DNA from: Kudoa neothunni
Taxonomy: Eukaryota > Animalia > Cnidaria
Assembly: GCA_964304625.1 (NCBI GenBank)
Contig: OZ199840.1
Coordinates: forward strand, 10,627,844 to 10,691,843
Direction: 5' to 3'
DNA length: 64,000 nt
The position numbers were made by a program, and so were the translations under genes. The notes under the pieces were generated by a model. It was not told the origin of the DNA. It worked only from the letters and a program-made list of their open reading frames with translations, and did no database searches. Shown here piece by piece: positions 1-16,700 of the stretch (the first letter of the stretch is position 1; each line of letters starts with the position of its first letter).

Positions 1-841
1 ATTACTACACCCCCAACAGGAGATTAAGTCTTCTCATTTGCTTAATTTTATTGATTAATCTACAAAAAAACAAAATTGGAAATTTTATAACGCGATTACA
101 AATATGATCACCACTTTTAAAGATTCAATAATTGTAATATACAAATTAAAATAACCGAAAATTGAATCAAATACCACAATTAAACAATATAATCCGATAT
201 AATGTAAAAAACAAATGAATAAATAATATCTATGCAAATTTTACATTGGAAGTTTAACTTTAAGCTGTGAAAAGTTAAAGGCCGATTACGAATACACCCT
301 CATATTATAATGCAATAAACGAGAGATGCTGATTATTTGAGCAAACATCAAGCGAATGCTTTTATATAAATTATCATAGAAATATGTTCTGCAACTATAC
401 AAGAAATATTGTTTGGGCTGAAATGGGATTCGAATTTATTTTTGTTATAACATGTATATTAAATTGAGGCTTAAATCGAATGCTGGTATTTGCCCACTGC
501 CAGTAGAGCGATAAGGCAACTGAATCAAGAAACAATCGGTAATCACTATTCTTCAACTAAATATTTAATAAAAAATCACGAGACATTGCACTGACAAAAA
601 TATAATCATTTTCGTAAGTAATAATCCTCTAATCTAAATAGCAAAGCCCTATATAGGTTTAGTAGGATTTTTGAAATAAGATTATTTTCAGTGATTGTGT
701 ATATCAACACTGAGGAAAAAGAAAACGTCAAGTAACTCATTTATGTTACAAATAATTTGTTTATTATCTAATTAATTGACAAATTTTGACCACTATATTC
801 ACTCGCCCCATCACACATTATACACGTTTATGAATTCTAGA

Positions 842-3013
<2,172 letters not shown>

Positions 3014-6000
3014 CAATGCAATACGGCCCATTTTCCCTCTACATCATACTATGTCCATTTTTGACTCTTATGAAAATATCTTTTTTTAGTAAAATTAATT
3101 ATACGAGTGGCGAAAATCAACTTTTGCACACTTTACAGAGGAAATGTAGCCTTTTTATGAATTAATTGAGATGGAGAAACCTTGTTTAACAAACGTGGAT
3201 AAATTCTCGTTCCTTAGTTTCGGCATATCCCTTCAATCATCCACGTTGTTTAATACTTTTACAAACTAGTTATTGATTTTTTTCAATTGTTATCGTTCAA
3301 ATAGATAGACTGGGCGTTATGAAAGACAGTTTGTAAGTTTCTGGGAACACGTGGACAAGTTACGTAAAAATAAATAAAGAATTAAATGTAGATAATCTTA
3401 TCTTGTTTATAATTATCTATAGTTCAAATTTAATAATATTCGCCATAAGATTTCAATAAGCTATTTGTGCAGAGATTGAGAAAATATTAATAATATTGAA
3501 TGTGGCCTTTAACATTTGCTGCACTGAAGGGGGAATATGCTCTGCCCCAAATGAACTATTTCGCGTCCAAATCCAAATATACAGCGTTTAATACTTATTC
3601 ATTTATTTATATTTTAAGAAATTTGTATTAGATTTATGCACATTAAATGTGGCTTAATTGTTTTTTATTTATTTCACAATTCCTGCTGTTCAAAATCTTA
3701 ATAACCCGCTTGTTCATTATGTTTTATTTGGCATTTTGACTAAATTGCTGGCTGATATCTCTTTAAAATTTGTTTCCGAATTATTTTTCTGATTTTTTAT
3801 TGAATTATTCTAAGTTTAATCTATTATTTCGCCCCTAATTAAGTAAAGTTGATCCATCACAAAACACCGTTTTTCAGCTAGCTTATGTTTCGGTTCTATA
3901 AGTATTTAACATCATTTAACTTAATTGAAGATTTAGTTAAGGGATGCAAAATTCCAACAAATTTAACGTGAAATAAAAATGATTTCACCTGAGGTTAGGC
4001 AGAGAGCTCATCGACGTCTCAGTAATTCAGTAATGGCTATTGCAACGGCTGAGAATATCTCCTAAAATAACGCTTGTATCAAAATTCTAATCACATAAAT
4101 ACATATAACAACAATAAATGAGTAATCATTAAATAAATTTTCATAAGAAAATAAATTAGTCGACTTTTTACGTCTAAAATAGCAAAGTATGCAGTCATTG
4201 TTTAATATTTCTCCTCAATAAATTCATATTGAAGTTAATGTGTAAGTGATTTCACACAACAAGAAGTATCGATATATACGATGCGTTAATTAAGAACGCG
4301 TGAGCTCGTGTTAATGTGGTTTGTTTGCAGTAGTGATCGTAAACAAACTACTTTACAATTTAATTTCTATTTAAATAACTAATTTTACATTAATTTGGTT
4401 GCTATAATTTTTATCATGGGCTTTGTCGATAAAGATCACCATTTATACTTTTAGCATTAATGTCAATCATGTGAAACATTATTATCTAATTTTCTTTAAT
4501 AAATATTAGATATCAAGAGTTAAGCAAATCAAAACACATAAGTAAATGATATTTTTGAAACATCCTCAACCAACTTACTTACTAATGACTCGCCTTAAGA
4601 CTTTTACAGTATGCAAATTGACCAGCAGATAGATGGACACAAAATCGACGATATTTTCAATCGCGAAATAATCACACAGAATTTTTTATGGATTTTATAT
4701 AGATTTAAAACCTTCGTCTAAAATAAGAACAGTAGGGCGAACTAATGGTTCTAATTTAACAGTCACTAGATTACCTAAACGGCGAAAATGAGAAATTTAA
4801 AGTCATACGAAATATGCAAACAAGAAAACAAGTTAAAAATCACAATTATTTGGTCTTAAAACAGTTATATACAATTTTATAATAAAGTTAACTTCGGAAA
4901 ATATTATTTCTTGTTTTTTGTCCATTTTTAATCAAGAAAAGAAGATAGAATTGACAGGAAAAAAAGGAACGTACGCATTAAAGTATTTTTAGCATGCGCG
5001 CCAACCCTCTTAATAATTGCAACGTTCTTCCTAATTTCTTATAAAAATCACACTACTTGTAATCAGAGTTAGTCAAAAAAAATACAGATATAAGTTCTTT
5101 AAGAAAATTACAATTTAATTCATACATAATTGACAAATTTTATTTAATAATAATTTATTTAATGTTATATGTATTTATGAAAGAAAAATTTTGATACATA
5201 GTAGATCTCAGTAAATTAATTATATGAGTTTAAAATGTTTGAAACATTCAACTACACAACAAAATTGAAGTAGATTATAAAATATGACGTATTATTTCAT
5301 TTTATATTTAAAAACTAAGTGACAATTGTTTATTTGTAGGTTTTACATCGTTTTTATATTGTTGAGTAAAATAGTAAAAATTGCTTTGAAATTATTTATA
5401 TCTATAGTTAGTTTAACTTAAAATTCTTAAAAAGTCGAATATTTTGATTTGTGACGATTGCACTACCTTTAAGTTTATTTTAGTTAAAAGTTAATTATTT
5501 AGTATTTTTGTTTTTAGTTACTTAATGGGTGTAAATAAAAAGATAACTTAATAAAATAAATTAAAAGCTTTCATGTTTGACTTTTGGAACAAATATTGTC
5601 ATACAAATTTCTTAATCATGAATAGACTATCCCAAAAAATTTATAAACTAAAATCCACACAAAATAACGCCATAGTTAAATTGAAACATCTTTGTTCTAT
5701 TTTTGAATAGAATAAATTAGAAAGTTTAGTTTTTAAAATACGAAGTCCCACGGTTGAACCTTTACAAATTTATTACTAACAGATACGAGTAACAAAAAAT
5801 TCAGTGGACAATTAATGACTTCGAATTTGTTAAAATTATAGAGAAATAATAATTCAATTGATGTATTTATCAACAACATAGAGATTCCACGTGAATCCGA
5901 ATATGCTTTACTTAAGATTTATTTCCAGTTTATAGGTTATTCTTTTTGATCTGAATTTAACGACATAATTTAATTTTTTGTAATAAGAACGAATTGTAGG

Positions 6001-7551
6001 AAATGACTTTATTTCCGAGTTCGTATGCGACACCGCCCGAAGTTCTACACAGATACTGTAGTACTGTAGTTTAGCTGATATTTTCAAAGAAATAAAATAG
6101 TTTATTCCAAAAAATAATACATTGCTGAATTTTGATGAGAAAATTTCTCCTAACATTGATTACAAAAATCCACTGAGAACGAATCACGCAATCTTGTTAA
6201 TACATTGATTTAGTCTCCTCGAATTAGAGGATAATCCCTATACCCTCGACTTTTGGAAGGCCTAGTTGCAATAGCCGGTGCCAAGTAATTTTATCGCGAA
6301 CCATGTCGTAAGGGTTAAATAATAAAATATTTTAAGTATCTAATTTACGTACTATTTTTAATGGAAAGAGTATGAGATGATCAAAATTATTTGTCCACCA
6401 TACACCATATTACTCTTCTTCTCTAAAGAGTAAAAGGAGTTTAGAAGTGAAAAAACGTTTTTAATTAATTTCTATATCAGTTTAGTATGCGTATTAACAC
6501 TGCCGTTCTTGTGTAAATATTATAAAGACGTACAACTTTACAACTTATTCGATACACTAATGTAACTTTTAATACAAAATCATCTTTGTGGTTAAAATTC
6601 ACTTGACATATTTTTAATCCTACTATTAATTATTATTAAGCATTTTGTAACAATATAAGTTAAAATTAACCTAATTTTTTAATAATTAAATTGATCATAA
6701 TTTCTTCTTGATCAAATTAAGAGTGATTTAAATGTTTAAAATTTACCATATCCAATATTTATAAAATCGATATTTTGTCGTTAGTTTTATCATATGCTGT
6801 CCTAAAACAAGATGTCGCGAATGTTAACTTTTCTATTTTCTAAATCATAGAACAAAGAATAAATTTTCTAATCTCTTTTTTTTATATTTCTTTTTTTGTT
6901 TTATTCGTAATCAAACATTTTAGTCTCAGGGTTTTATATTTCTCTCACTAACTTTATATTCTATAACTACGTTTTTTCGTCAGATCAAGTTTAATATAAT
7001 TTATTTTAATCATTTATGATAAAAACCTAAAATAAACTAGTCAAATATTTTTTTATCAGAGTTTATTTAAATCGACTAACATAAAGCAACTAAACGTTCC
7101 GTATCACTTAATTTATGTTTATTACGTTTTGTGTGCACTACAGAAAGTAAAATAACAAATATAATTATTGGAATAACTTTTTCCATACGCCCTAGTGTTA
7201 TTATTTTGTTGGTCTTACTGATGGTGAGATGTAATGCAGCAATTTTCACAACTAAAGTATCCAATCAATGGATGTAATGGACGTAGTATACGTTCTCCAA
7301 CCTTTGTAAATAATTTGCACTCACGTACCTGGAGAAATAGAAATAAAGAGTACGATTCTCTAGCGTGCACATATTGTGAAATATCCTTCAAGTAGAATAT
7401 AAAAATAGTCCTATGACGTAGTTATGTGTATTACCAGCCAAGCACACATTATACAGTCGATGTTGATTACAGCAGCAATTCTATAAACTATTTAATATAC
7501 CAGAGATAAATTATAATTAATTTAACGAGGCAGAAACAGATCTCTTTATAT

Positions 7552-7597
7552 AACATTCAACATTCAACATTCAACACTCAACACTCAACACTCAACA
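7552..7597. repeat. Heptamer tandem repeat (AACATTC)x3 (AACACTC)x3
   Basis: Directly visible. Confidence 0.9.
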
Positions 7598-10500
7598 GAA
7601 TAGTTATTTCACATTGAGAAAATACAACATCAAATAGAGGCAAAAAACACTCTCTCATAAAATTGATACAAAATACAATAAAACATTAAAAATAGTAAAC
7701 ATTTGACATTCCAAATATTCCATAGCTACCATTTGCCAAAAATGCAAAAAATATAAAAGCCAACGATATTGAACATAGAAGACACACTGACTTATCCACA
7801 ATACTTCTTAGAACAATAGACAAACAAAGTAGGATTTGAAGCTTCATAATATAGGGCGACATCGCTCCAACAGCTAAAAACATAGGTACAAACCGAGCTA
7901 AGCAATACATTAAAACAATTATGCGCGCGTCATATGCCAGCAAACAGGATAAGTGTGTTTTTAAACACAATCCTCATTCTCTGTATAGTTAAATTATTTA
8001 GCTTTTTACCGGAAATATTACATTTAAAAAATATTACAGCAATTTTTCATGATTTGAAGTTATTGAAAGGTTGCTGCTATTGGATCAAATAAATTAAGTT
8101 CCCCATACGCTTGCGCGACCCCCTATTTTAATCTCCTTAACTTCTACTTATTGATTATGGACATGATTAATTTACTCATAATTTGTTAAAGTTAATTATT
8201 CTTATCCTATTTATATGTTATTTTGGAGAGAAAAAATAATTATGCTCGCAACCGCATGTTTTCGAACGATTATATGTATTGAAAGTTCATGTAATCGCCG
8301 ATACCAGATTATGTGCACCCCCAAATTTGGAGTCTCAAATTTTGTCAGCATTCTACTAAATATCGTCTAAATAATTAAAAAAATTCATTATTATTTACTT
8401 TAGCAACTCGAATTCGCCAGGAATACGCTCAACAACTAGCTATGAATTAGTGATATACCTTTAGAAATCGATCCAATGCATTCTATTTTCATTATTACCG
8501 TTAATTTAAAGCGGTAATACTTATATTAGATAAAAAATCTTAAAAGTTCAAGTTTAACCTGAAATTTACGGAACCGATTAGTTATAGAGTGGATTCTTGA
8601 AAACCCACGTCATATTTGTTCAAACATAATTTTATGAAGACATCATTATTTTTAAAATCCATTTTCTTCTGAAGAAAAAATTATTTACTTTTTATTTGTA
8701 AAATTATAAAATTGTTGTACATAAAATGAAAAATTAACCAAAAAATATGTGTTTATGTATGATACATGGGAATAACCAATTTATATAAAAATACTAGACA
8801 TTTTTCTCGATACAATAAAATATACATATTCAAAAAACTTTATAAATTTTTACAATATGTCAGAAATTATCTCAAAATTTTAAATGAAAAAATAAAGTTT
8901 TTCATTCGTAATAAATTTGATTGTACTTTATGGAATTAAACAACCACAATTCCTACTATAATGACACTTGCATTTTTTTAATAATGATATTTTACGCGCT
9001 TACTTAATTTTAACATTATTAATGATATATGTACATATCGTTTATTCGTTTTTGCATCAATTTTCGATTAACTAAATATTGGAATTAATGTATATAATAT
9101 ACTGATCTATGCTAAAAATTCTCTTTCCTTATTTCATACCATATGAAATTGGAAGAGCGGGACTTCCCGATTGGTGGTGGTTCGGGAGTGAGTTACTGGG
9201 GCCCGAGAACCACGCCTAAAGTCAGCGAAAAAATTGTACGGCTATGCATGCTTTGTACATAATGTATCGATTCCAAGTAATCAGAATCTCTCTCCGAAAT
9301 ATATCATTTGCGATTCGTGTGCAATCGTAGCTGAAAGAAGCCTGTTAAACAAATAGCTATTTGATGGATTTTACTAGAAATTAATTTATGTTTTCAATCT
9401 ACTATTTATGATTTATTGGTATATGAAATAAAAATGATAACTTTTTTTTTCATTAATAAATAAATTATTTAGTTTAAATTTTAAATGGTACAACGGAAAA
9501 AATTACGAAGTATTTACATTTTAATGGGGAAGATCAACGACATATAAAAGTTTTTAAACCGGATTGGATTATTAGGAATAGTATTATTTGTTATTTTCAA
9601 TTAAACTAAAAACTATAAAATTAAAAATTTCGCGTAATCTCAACTATTCGCATATTATGTTTTACAAAAAAATATTAGCATATCTTGTACGTTTACAAAT
9701 TAGATTTACTCCTATCTTTAATTGATAAAGAGCCCGATTTTGATCTAATTATTTGCCAAAAACTTTTAATTTATTATCCGTTTCATTTATTTTATTCACA
9801 TTCGTTTTCTCGTTAAAATAGATGATTTTTTTCTTTCTAAGGTAATTTTAATAAATATACTTCTCCACCTAAAAATAAATCCATTTTAAATCTCCTTTTT
9901 GAGAACGGGTGCGGAGTCGTCCTTGTAAATGGTAGGGAGTCCGAAAACTAACATGATGGAGAAGCGTTATGGTAGAGGAGGTATAGTGTATTGTGAATGC
10001 TCATTGATTGTTACACTGGTATTATAATAATTTAATTAAAATTCACGATATCAAAGATATGAAACGCAGAGAAGTTCACTTAGAATGAAAGAATCAATTA
10101 ATTAATTCTCATACGCACATCGGCCATCAAAGTGTGCCTGCGGTTGATCCGTTCTTTGAATTCCTGATTGGCTTAATTTTATTTCGTATAGTTTAGGTTT
10201 TCACATTATAACACATTTCTTAAGTTTAAAATCGATATAAAGACTTCTGAATTATTCATGTGATAATCCGAAGGAGACTTTTTGTTGAATATTTCTTTTG
10301 ACTATAATATTCACATTTAACCCATTTGGGTTTTGCGTGTCGTAAACCACACACCCTTAAATCTTGATTTTTCGCTCATATAATCACTTTTTGGAAAAAA
10401 TACTTCAATTATGATTTTATTATGACAATACAATTTTTTTTAAGGAAATAGTTAATTTAACAAATAAAACAAAATTTACTAGATTAAATAATCAACGTTG

Positions 10501-10643
10501 TAAAGCTTATTTAATGTTTATTAATTTTTGATTAAGTTTTAATGAGTGAAATATCAAAGGATAGACAAAAATAATATAAACGATTAGATAATCAATAATA
10601 TTGATTATTATCAGATTTTAGCTAAACTCAAAAATGAGTTAAT

Positions 10644-11233
10644 CTGGGATTCTTCAAATGGGGGTAAATTTTAAATTACAAGAAGTAAATTAAATAACAT
10701 ACGATTTAAATAGGGAAAATATTTGCATAATGGGGTTTGTGACTTACCTGAGGATCTCTAATGAATAACATTCAGATCTATTAGACTTAATAAGAAGTTG
10801 GCATAAATGCTTAAAATGATTTTAGGAATAAATATTTAGCAGCTATCTATATAACTATAACCGGCATCTTTCTTATATGGCTTGTTTATTTTTTAGTGAT
10901 GTAGCCTAACAGTAATAATACCTATATGGCTATTTGCAAGGTTAATAATATATATGCCACGAGTTTTAACTGTTTTTAATTATGCCTGGTGCCAACAGCG
11001 AAGGATTAGGACAGAAATAATTCAAATTAGCAAAATCTGAAAAATTAAACCTGTAGACGGCTTGTGAACAAGAGTTGATGGGACTAAAAATATTCATTAT
11101 TCAAGCGTACATGTCCCTTAGAATTTATTGTGCAAATAGCCTCTGACGCGAATAAATGAATATAAAACCTAAAAGTAAATATGAATTTAGCTTCCAAATT
11201 AAGGTGGAATTTTAAAAAACAGTTGAGAACACC
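10644..11233 (+). mobile_element. hAT-Charlie-like non-autonomous element, copy 1
   Basis: Ends CTGGGATTCTTCAA / TTGAGAACACC; flanks GAGTTAAT / AAGTTAAA (6/8 match, degenerate 8-bp TSD); body aligns by eye with 18616-19035 and with the reverse strand of 40831-41171. Confidence 0.6.
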
Positions 11234-11302
11234 AAGTTAAAGTATTTAATGAATAGTTTCAATAACATTAAATATTCTTGGTGCCAGGTCAACACTAATT
11301 AA

Positions 11303-13151
11303 CCCTTAATAAAGTGGCCGTGGGCTCGGCGAGCCCACCCGGTTTAATCGATTGCCTTTGTTCGATTATATTTTAGGCTGTATTTGCTTACTCTAATACA
11401 TTATTGAGCGATAAAAAATGTATGATATACAATAAATAATTTATTTTTGAGGAAAATCAAAGAAGTTAATGTTTTTATACACATAACATACTTATTTGCA
11501 TCACCTTACGATGCATGCAGGACATAAACTACATCGTTTTCCGATCACTTAATATTACTAGCTTCCATAAACGACGTATTATTCCAATTGAATTTAAACC
11601 TAACTGCTTCACGAGAACGCTTGAAATCGGGTTAATATCCAATTTTGTTGGTCTTCAGCTCTTCTCTTCCGGTGACTTACAATCAAAGAAACGGATAAGT
11701 CCACTAAAAATTATTGTCGGGCGATTAGGTTTATTTTTCAGATATTCCAGATTACTTTGAAAAGACACAACAAATGAAATAAGACACATTGCTACAGTCA
11801 TAATCCTTTTTGGCTGAACATCGGCTTAAAATAAGAAATTTAGAAATAACCCTCTAAGTATAAATGGGGGTCTTTTGGACTCCACAATTTTTTTCATCTA
11901 ATTATCCAAAATATTGATTTAAATGTTTGGGGAAACTGAAAAAATTCTATCGAGTAAGTAAATATATTTTATTGCATGAATATCATATCTTAATCTACAT
12001 TGTGCATGTACCATAATTAATTTCAATGATGTGTTAAAGTGATCTTAACAGTAATTACTCCGATACCGAGTCTTCAGATATATTTTCTTCATTTCATGAT
12101 TATTTATTGTCAGAAAACTTTGATAATGATGTAGATATACAACTTAACTCATTAATGCACAAGAACGGAACGTTATGGTCAATAAGCCCGCCGTTGGCAT
12201 CCAGAACTTGTGTTGCAAATATTATGAGTAGTAAAAAGTTGTCCTGATGTCTCTCCGTTTTAATTACAAATACAATTGCTACATTCAGAATTTTATTTAG
12301 TTCGGTTTATGTAAGCCATTATTTAAAAATATAACAGTACATGGGTGGAAAAATTTCTGATGATAGATGGATCGAATTTGGATGGGGTTCATTAGCTGTT
12401 TATTCCCGATGGGATATCACAGGGATAATCGAGAATGGGTGTTAAAGAGATATTTGGGTTAGAAAAAGGAAAGATATATCGTATTTTATTCTCATTACAT
12501 AAATTTCTCCAAATAATGCGAGTTTCACATTTTGATGGTATGGAAAATATTGAGGTAACAAAATAATCCAGAAATTTCTGTCATGTTGGTGAACTACGGC
12601 ATATTTAGGTGGGTTTTTCACGCGTCGTTTCCGCCCTAATGCTCATTTTAATCGTATCTATGTTACCTATTTTATGCAATAGTCTACGTTTATGCCAGGA
12701 TTATGTATGATGTTTGTGATCGCTTTAAGCGCAAATTAACTGAATAATTAATTTTACTAAATGAGCTGAATTTTGAGTTATGTTTTTAGAAAGTATGCGA
12801 TCTCAAAATAATACCTACACACACACACACACAGTGGTTAAAATATTTCTTTATCATGCGCACACAATATTATATGATGTCATTTATGGAATTACTGAAT
12901 ATATAATCGATCAAGTATTTTAAAAACTTCAAAAAATGCATATTAACATTTTTTCAAATATCCCATCCAATAAAAACGTGGGGTCTTTTGGGACCCCCAA
13001 TTATACTTAGAGGGTGTAAATTTTCATGTGACATAGAAGGTTAATTGTAAATTAACGTTAGAATGATACTTTAAAAAAATTTTTTTTGGAAGAATTATGT
13101 TCAATTTACTGCTCAGGTGGGCTCGTGGAGCCCAAGGTCACCTATTAAGGG
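11303..13151. mobile_element. piggyBac element (outer), non-autonomous
   Basis: TTAA on both sides (11299-11302, 13152-13155); about 36-bp imperfect TIR CCCTTAATAAAGTGGCCGTGGGCTCGGCGAGCCCACC vs CCCTTAATAGGTGACCTTGGGCTCCACGAGCCCACC (reverse complement of right end). Confidence 0.88.
11850..13014 (+). mobile_element. piggyBac element (inner, nested) with decayed transposase fragments
   Basis: TIR CCCTCTAAGTATAA(A/T)TGGGGGTC at both ends; fragments KNGTLWS, GFISCLFPMG and IMRVSHFD (about 12150-12540) resemble N-terminal piggyBac transposase motifs; TSD degenerate (ATAA/TGTA). Confidence 0.78.
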
Positions 13152-13751
13152 TTAATACAGAATGATCTCTAAATCCCTCATTTTAAGACTTAAGGCTTAA
13201 ACATTTGTTTGCCATCACTTTCCGCCGAATTTAAATATCGGAAGCCCTTGGCATTCTTAAGTAATTATTTATAGACATATCCGCGAAGATAGAATTTTGA
13301 TGTGCGGCTAAAAATTCTGGCATTTGAGCGCAACCTCACACAGAAATAAAATCATACTTTAATGTGTCATAAGTATGCGTAATCCCAATTAGGAAATAAA
13401 ATAAATCATAAAATTAAATTAAATTAAATTAATGATTAGAATGGACCAAGTCTCGTTTGCTTAATTAATAAAAAGACCTAATATAGACGAATTCTGTGGG
13501 CGATAATTAATACCCATTACATTTATTTAATTTTCGTAATCACATTTAATAAGGTATCACCAACCGCTCCTACCTTTATTTTAATCTCTGCACGATTTCC
13601 CGGTTGTACGAGAATTAACATTCGGAGCTGGACGGGTTGCCATAAGGAGGGGATTAATTGGATGGTAAGTTGTGTGCTCTGGGTACCATTGTGAGAATAT
13701 TCATGGTAACCATAACACACAAACCTATCATCTGTGGAGAATCCCGCCAAT

Positions 13752-16700
13752 ATGGAAAATATAATTAGAGGACTTTATCAACTGAAAGTGGTGGGATTGT
13801 GTCTCAACCATTTCAAGGGTGAACTCGTGGTTGTTGCATGTTTTGCTGATAATGACCACAATAGATGCTATGCATTTGTACAAACTGAGGAATCTCAGAA
13901 CACACGAAAAATACACAATAACCCACATTTTTGATGATGAATATGTGATGGATAATATTTCCGATATTGTGAGTTTCTGTGTGTCATGAGATGATGGCGG
14001 ATTTATTATTTGTGATAGAGATCGGATCCCTACAACTATCCGGTTTATGATTGCAAATTTTCTCCTTGTAACCAACTGGAATAAATCAACAAAATGAAAA
14101 TTTAATCTATTCGATATTTAGTTGAAAATAGGCGGTCATATCTGCTATTTAGTGAATGAAATGGGATTTTTGATTGGTTTGGATACGCGTGAACCAATGC
14201 CCAATATGATTAGCTCGTGTAGACAAATCAACGATAGGGGATATCCGGTTTACACTCTGGATTGGGGATGCAAAAACAACGCATTGGTATTTTGACTTTA
14301 GATATCGAATCTACGATTTAATCAACTGCTGTTGTTTCAATGAAAATTTATTAAGTTGACCACCAACTCCGATAAAATAACGGACTTTATGATGCTTCCA
14401 CCCACGAGACAATCTCCGAGATTGGAGTTCAATTTAGTGCTCGTTGCGCTACTTTCAACCCATGGAATAATTGTGTTTGATTTCAGCTTTTTGGCGGGTT
14501 CCTGAATTTCCAATTTTAGATTTTGTGCTGGCAGGTGGTAGAGATTATTCCATCGCGTTGATAGACACACGAAGCAAAATCCCATAATACACTCACTGAA
14601 CCCATGAAAATCGACAAAAAATCTCATCCCTCCCGTAATCTCGTCATTGGCTTTTCTTGGCGAACATTATTTCGCGAGTTGTACCGATCGTTTGAATTAT
14701 ATTTCCATATGGGATAGTCGATATATTAATAATCGTCCATTCTCGTGCTTATCCTATTATGGTGAAGCGTCGAATAGTATTGGTAAGTTTCTTTAAAACT
14801 CTAACCGTATCTCATTTCCATCATTCATCCTTTCAACAGTAACAGTATTAAACATTCGAATAAGTTAGGTAATAATCGTGTGCTGGCTTCCTAGATGTGA
14901 TTGATTATTCGGAATAATATTTATATTATTTATAATGTGATTATGGAATTAATCGCCGATTAACGTTATTTAAACGAACGTGATTACTGGCCCTGGAAAT
15001 TTTAATCCTTAACTGCATTTGCGTGCGTGCGCATTATCAACCTCGACAATATTTACTCATAAACTGTATTTAAGTTGGAATTTTTCTTAATCCACAATAT
15101 TTAATTATTTATAGCTTTCCGCTTCGTTCGTAATGTCAAGGAATATTTAAATATTGTTAAGTCTTCTGCGTGGTGGTGTGAGAATAAATTTTTATTTTTT
15201 AACTGAAAAAATTATTTATTTTGTTTCCATTATTTAATTAAGAACATGACTCGGTCAACCTAACAGTGCAGTAAAAAAGCTTTTCCTCTTTCTCTCGAGA
15301 ACTTTTTATGAAGACTTTTTAAAATATCAAAAAGATAGTTGAAGACATCCAACCATTTTTTTAGCATAGTATTTAAGTAGAAAATCATGAATTTCCTTTA
15401 AAACAGTGGCTATTCTTTGAAATTAATCGACGATATATGTGAAAAATGCTTTTCTGTAAATTAAGGAGATTGTCACGTGATGACAGGGTTTTTGATAGTT
15501 AGTCTCATTTCATTTTAATTTTGCTCTTTCTGTATTGCATATTATTCGTGGAGTCTATTGTTTCGTAAAAAAGAACTTTTCATAAACTATATTATCAGAA
15601 ATGCTTCGCGCTTCTATAAGGAGAGCGAATTTTTAAGATAATCAGAAAAAAGTTTTGCCTCGTCGTTGATCAAAAACTTTAGAATGTTTATATTTTTTGG
15701 AGTTCTCACTCTGTCCGGTCATTAACTCAATTTAAAGTTGGGCACATTTTACATCAGTTATTGTTGTACGGTTCGATGCAACATTGAAATTCATTATATC
15801 AGATTTATTAGACCAAGTTCTATTAAGAGAATAACCTATTCTAATTCGAATAAAACTCATAATAGCAGAATACCTGATATTCTGACTCCCTACAGTCATT
15901 TATTGACATTTCGAATTGATTCAATTGAATAGATTTTTTCGAAATTTCTTCTTTCACATGTGTAATCTGTATAGTCGAAATTAATGACAACTAAATGTTA
16001 TTTGCCATGCAAACAGCCATTTTTTATTATTATTCCAGATGTAATAATGAGATTAAGATTCGTTGTGTGTGTGAGTGAGTGAGTGAGTGAGATGCTCCAA
16101 AAGCTAGTGGTTGATTTATTTTTGTTGGTACCCGCACTAACATATCACACGTTGTAATTTCATTACCTCTTGCCAGTAGATTTCAATATTAGTCATTGTT
16201 TCATGATCGAAGGCTTATATAAAATTTTACGTAGTATATATGAAATGTTGAGTTCAATAATTTTTCTATGCTTGTTTAAATTATTAAGTCAATTTTCCAG
16301 TTCATTATGTTAATGTTTGAATTTAACCGAAAATGATTCTGGTGATAGAATTTATTAGGTGCGAAAAACAGTTTTAAAATTTATTTCTGTATCCTGTTTG
16401 GCTACATTGTACTCCTTAGCGTGATTTTTCGCAGAATAATCTTTTGAGGGTTAAATAATCGAAAGAAACCTTTGATATCTTAAGTAATTAAATCAATATT
16501 GAGCGATTATTTCTATATACACACTGTTACGTCAAATTGTTTAATTTAAATGTATATATATATATATATATATATGTAATGCTAACCTATGAAAGGAGTA
16601 ATTAAAATATAGAAGCTTTGGCGCACATTCATAATTACATTATAATTTATTTGATTTTATATTGATAAAATTTTCACCCATGAAAAAATGTGTACTTGGT

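Noticed and set aside
9971-10213. Polypurine tract followed by a TG...CA LTR
   Set aside because: No second LTR, TSD or recognisable pol fragment
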